DNA of 64,000 nt. Source: Eledone cirrhosa. Its lineage: Eukaryota. The stretch spans positions 109,368,001 through 109,432,000 of the forward strand of contig OZ024741.1 of the NCBI GenBank assembly GCA_964016885.1. Direction: 5' to 3'. The stretch's first letter is position 1; each line of letters opens with the position of its first letter. Below, piece after piece: positions 59,280-64,000 of the stretch. The position numbers and the translations under genes were made by a program. The notes beneath the pieces were generated by a model. The model searched no databases. It was given only the letters and a program-made list of their open reading frames with translations, and was not told where the DNA came from.

Positions 59280-59728
59280 TAGAGGTTATATTTAATTTGT
59301 TGGGATACAACAAGCAAAATATTTTTATAACTGATATAAAGCACTCAACAAATTATTGGAGTAAATATACAATATATTAACAAATGGAATCTATATTTAT
59401 AAAACCGTATTTATTTCATTATACATATTTCAAGGGCCACCAAGGTAAACTATGGTGCGCTTTCATCAGATAAAATATAATATAGGTTAGTTTTATAAAT
59501 AAATATTGACATACCCTTAAAATATTGCAACCTGGAATCTCCTGGAGATTCCAACCAGAATTGTTGCATTTTTTAATGGTATGTCAATATTTATTTATAA
59601 AACTAACCTATATTATATTTTATCTGATGAAAGCGCACCATAGTTTACCTTGGTGGCCCTTGAAATATGTATAATGAAATAAATACGGTTTTATAAATAT
59701 AGTTTCCACTTGTTAATATATTGTATAT
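59280..59728. mobile_element. Fold-back element (arms ~59365-59530 / 59563-59728) with tail on the left; hammerhead-like motif in each arm (59620-59674 +, 59419-59473 -)
   Basis: CTGATGA-aag..cacca..tggtg..ctt-GAAA-tatgta; stem I register imperfect; nested palindrome ggaatctcc-t-ggagattcc at the apex. Confidence 0.8.
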
Positions 59729-59737
59729 ATATATATA

Positions 59738-59777
<40 letters not shown>

Positions 59778-59838
59778 TATAGATATATATATAGGTATAG
59801 ATATAGATATATAAATACATATGTGTGGGTGGTTGTGT

Positions 59839-59884
<46 letters not shown>

Positions 59885-59965
59885 TATGCGTGTGTTGCGT
59901 GTATTGTCTGCGTGAGAGATTTTGAATGAGTGTTATATATATATATATATATATGTATGAATGTA

Positions 59966-59999
<34 letters not shown>

Positions 60000-60524
60000 C
60001 ATGCATACATATACATACATATACGTACATATATATATATAACGAAGGAATTGTGGTAAGGAACCAGATGGGCCATAACGCACTAAAGTACTCAATACAT
60101 AGGGTAGTAGAGTGGGTAATAGGAACGTTCCTATATATATATATATAAAGAGGGGGATCCGTTTTTAGCCATCGGGCATTAACACTGGCTTAAGGTATTT
60201 GAAAGTTGCAAAGTTTTTGTGCATGCAGTTCGGGCAGTGTTCAGAGGGTTTGTTCAGTAGCTGGCCCTTGGCGAATAAAATTTCGTAGCTCGCCGAGATA
60301 CAAAGGTCGCAGCACTTGTGCCCTCCGTTGTATGAGCGCGCTTCTGGAGTATTTTCCATTTAAGCGTGAAGAGGGGTGGAGTTCCTTTTGAGGTCCCAAA
60401 CATAGGAGGCGAGGGATGTTTGGTTTGATTTGTCCGGTCTTCTGAAGACAAAATAGCCCCTCTACCTCCTTCCCACCCTAGCCCTACCCCTCCTCAACCT
60501 GAAACACATGGTTATATGAAAGCA

Positions 60525-60565
<41 letters not shown>

Positions 60566-61146
60566 TAATAAAAACAATGAATAAAAACAAAGAACAAGTT
60601 CCTTATATTAAAAAATTCATCATTTAACGATCCTTTCTAGGATATATATGTGTGTTGGTATGTATGTCATATAGATCTATGTAAAAATATTACAAACTAT
60701 CAGAGGAAATATACATACCTTCACATATATATGCTGTTTTCAGAAATGATGAGATTTGTTTATTGAAAAAAAACAGCAAAGATTTAATATAATAGGTCTG
60801 TTTGGGAACAGGTTTTGAATTGACCAATAGAAAAGTAGTAAGAGGTCAAGTTGATAGAATAGTAGGAGTAGAAATTTAATTTAGGGGTAGAGGAGTGCAG
60901 ACTTATGTTTTGAATGGAAAGAATACTTTGGGGATGAAAAGAGGTCAAGCCGGTGAAGAGTACACAAAAATTCGATGTTATTAAAGAATAATGTTAAAAA
61001 CGAAGGAAAGTAAAATTTTAGGGTAAGAGTATTAGTGAGAAATACCAATCTTATTTAAACCATAAGGAATCTAGATCTATAACAAGAAATTAAATTAATT
61101 GATAGGTATACTTATAGGGATAAATTTCTATTAATTCATATGGATG

Positions 61147-62410
<1,264 letters not shown>

Positions 62411-62744
62411 GACATATATTTGTATACGGTTGCGTGTGTAGATTGATGATTGATGCATGCGTGGTTTAGTCTTTGGAACATTGGGGTTATAATCGTGAGG
62501 TTGTGAGTTCGATTCCTGAATCAGGCTCTGTGGTGAGCTCTTGATCAAGACTATATTTTTTTCACGCTGCTCCAACTCACTCAGCTGGAAAAATGACTTG
62601 CGACGTCACTGGCGCCAGGCTGTACCGGCCTTTGGCTTTGTATTGGACATCTTCGGTGATGTCAAGAGGGGTGATTGGCATGTATGTGTGACAGCTGGTC
62701 GAGATGCAAGTACCTTGGACGTTCGTGAGCAAAAGCGATTTTTA

Positions 62745-62820
<76 letters not shown>

Positions 62821-62966
62821 TAAACTGTCCACAAGTAATGTCCAATTCCATAAGCAAACCAGATATATAATTGCTCTAAACAGATTCAATTAGAGTCAAA
62901 TAGGATTAACTGCGTAAAGTAATTAACATTTTAGACCTGTAACCCTTTTTACAAATGAAACACTCT

Positions 62967-63029
<63 letters not shown>

Positions 63030-63049
63030 ATATATATAAATAAATATAT

Positions 63050-63250
63050 ATAACGAAGGAAGTGTGGTAAGGAACCAGATGGACCATGACGCACCAGAGT
63101 ACTCAATACTTAGGGTAGTAGAGTGGGTAATAGAAAAATGTTTAACCCCGACGGCAGAGCTCAAGCCGTTTCGACGGCTATTTCTGTACTGAAATCTCCA
63201 GAAATAGCCGTCGAAACGGCTTGAGCTCTGCCGTCGGGGTTAAACATTTT

Positions 63251-63255
<5 letters not shown>
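63050..63255. mobile_element. Fold-back family H copy (tail 63050-63129, hairpin 63130-63255)
   Basis: See 37543-37712. Confidence 0.85.
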
Positions 63256-63280
<25 letters not shown>

Positions 63281-63286
<6 letters not shown>

Positions 63287-63480
63287 TGAGATTCTACAGG
63301 ACTACAGGATTCTACAGGATTCTTGAGAAATCATCAGGAATCTGATTCCTGATGATTTCTCAAGAATGAAGCAGTTCTAGTCCTGTAGAAAATCATCTAT
63401 ATTAAAACTTTTATACTCTGCTATGTATTGAGTACCTTACTTACTGTGGTTACCTCCGATTCAACCCTGAATAACTTACC
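63281..63480. mobile_element. Fold-back element (63281-63401) with tail; related to 54139-54200
   Basis: Apex ggaatc-t-gattcc; both copies contain ttcCTGATGAtttc..gaatGAA...ttctagtcctgtagaa. Confidence 0.7.
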
Positions 63481-64000
63481 TATATATATATATATATATT
63501 CGATCACCAATACCATGAGATTGCCATTCACGTAAGTCTGATATTTGATTTCGGATTCAAAGAAACACTTTAAACGATTGTTCGTTTGATTTGTCCAGGT
63601 GTACTTTTCTCAACCTGATTAGTTCTATCGTTACTTTGGTATATATTGTGTGTTAGTTTCGCCTACCACAATGTTCGATTTGTCAAGCTATTTAAACGTA
63701 TGTTATTACTCTAAGGTCCTATCTTATCGAGTGCTTTGCTAACTCATCATTTCATATAAGTAGGCCGAATTTACTTACAAACCGCCAGAGATTCGATTTT
63801 ACTGATTTCCAATTATATATATATATATATTAAAATAACAGATTAAAGTTTAAGCAGAGAGGTGGAGAATTTGGTGTTACTTGATATAAAGAGTTGGATT
63901 CACCATTAACGGTTTCAGAAGATCCCGTTAAGGGTGAAAGCACCGATTCTTTACTCAGACTTTAATCTGTTATCCTTATTGAGCCCTCTTCCGATTTTAG

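Overview
AT-rich, microsatellite-saturated eukaryotic DNA. The repeat types and SINE families look like a coleoid cephalopod (Octopus-like); this is inference, not a database result. No host protein-coding gene can be supported, and most listed ORFs are translations of (TA)n/(CA)n/(GGT)n/(GGTGCT)n tracts. The window holds decayed mobile DNA: an RTE LINE and RTE 3' fragments, three L1/Tx1 LINE copies associated with (GATA)n, a nearly intact IR/DR Tc1 (DD34E), mariner and DD37D-like remnants, Helitron-like ends, MITEs and two tRNA-derived SINE families. The main signal is a set of Penelope-like retroelements (RT + GIY-YIG) plus many short non-coding relatives, nearly all embedded in (TA)n tracts. 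They carry about a dozen minimal type I hammerhead ribozymes that I folded by eye. Two unrelated families have a compensatory U3-A8 catalytic core (UUGANAA instead of CUGANGA), and one family shows covarying stems between copies. Many insertions are tail-out fold-back hairpins or 1.1-1.7-mer tandem units (retrozyme-like). In one case the inverted arm starts at the predicted ribozyme cleavage site.
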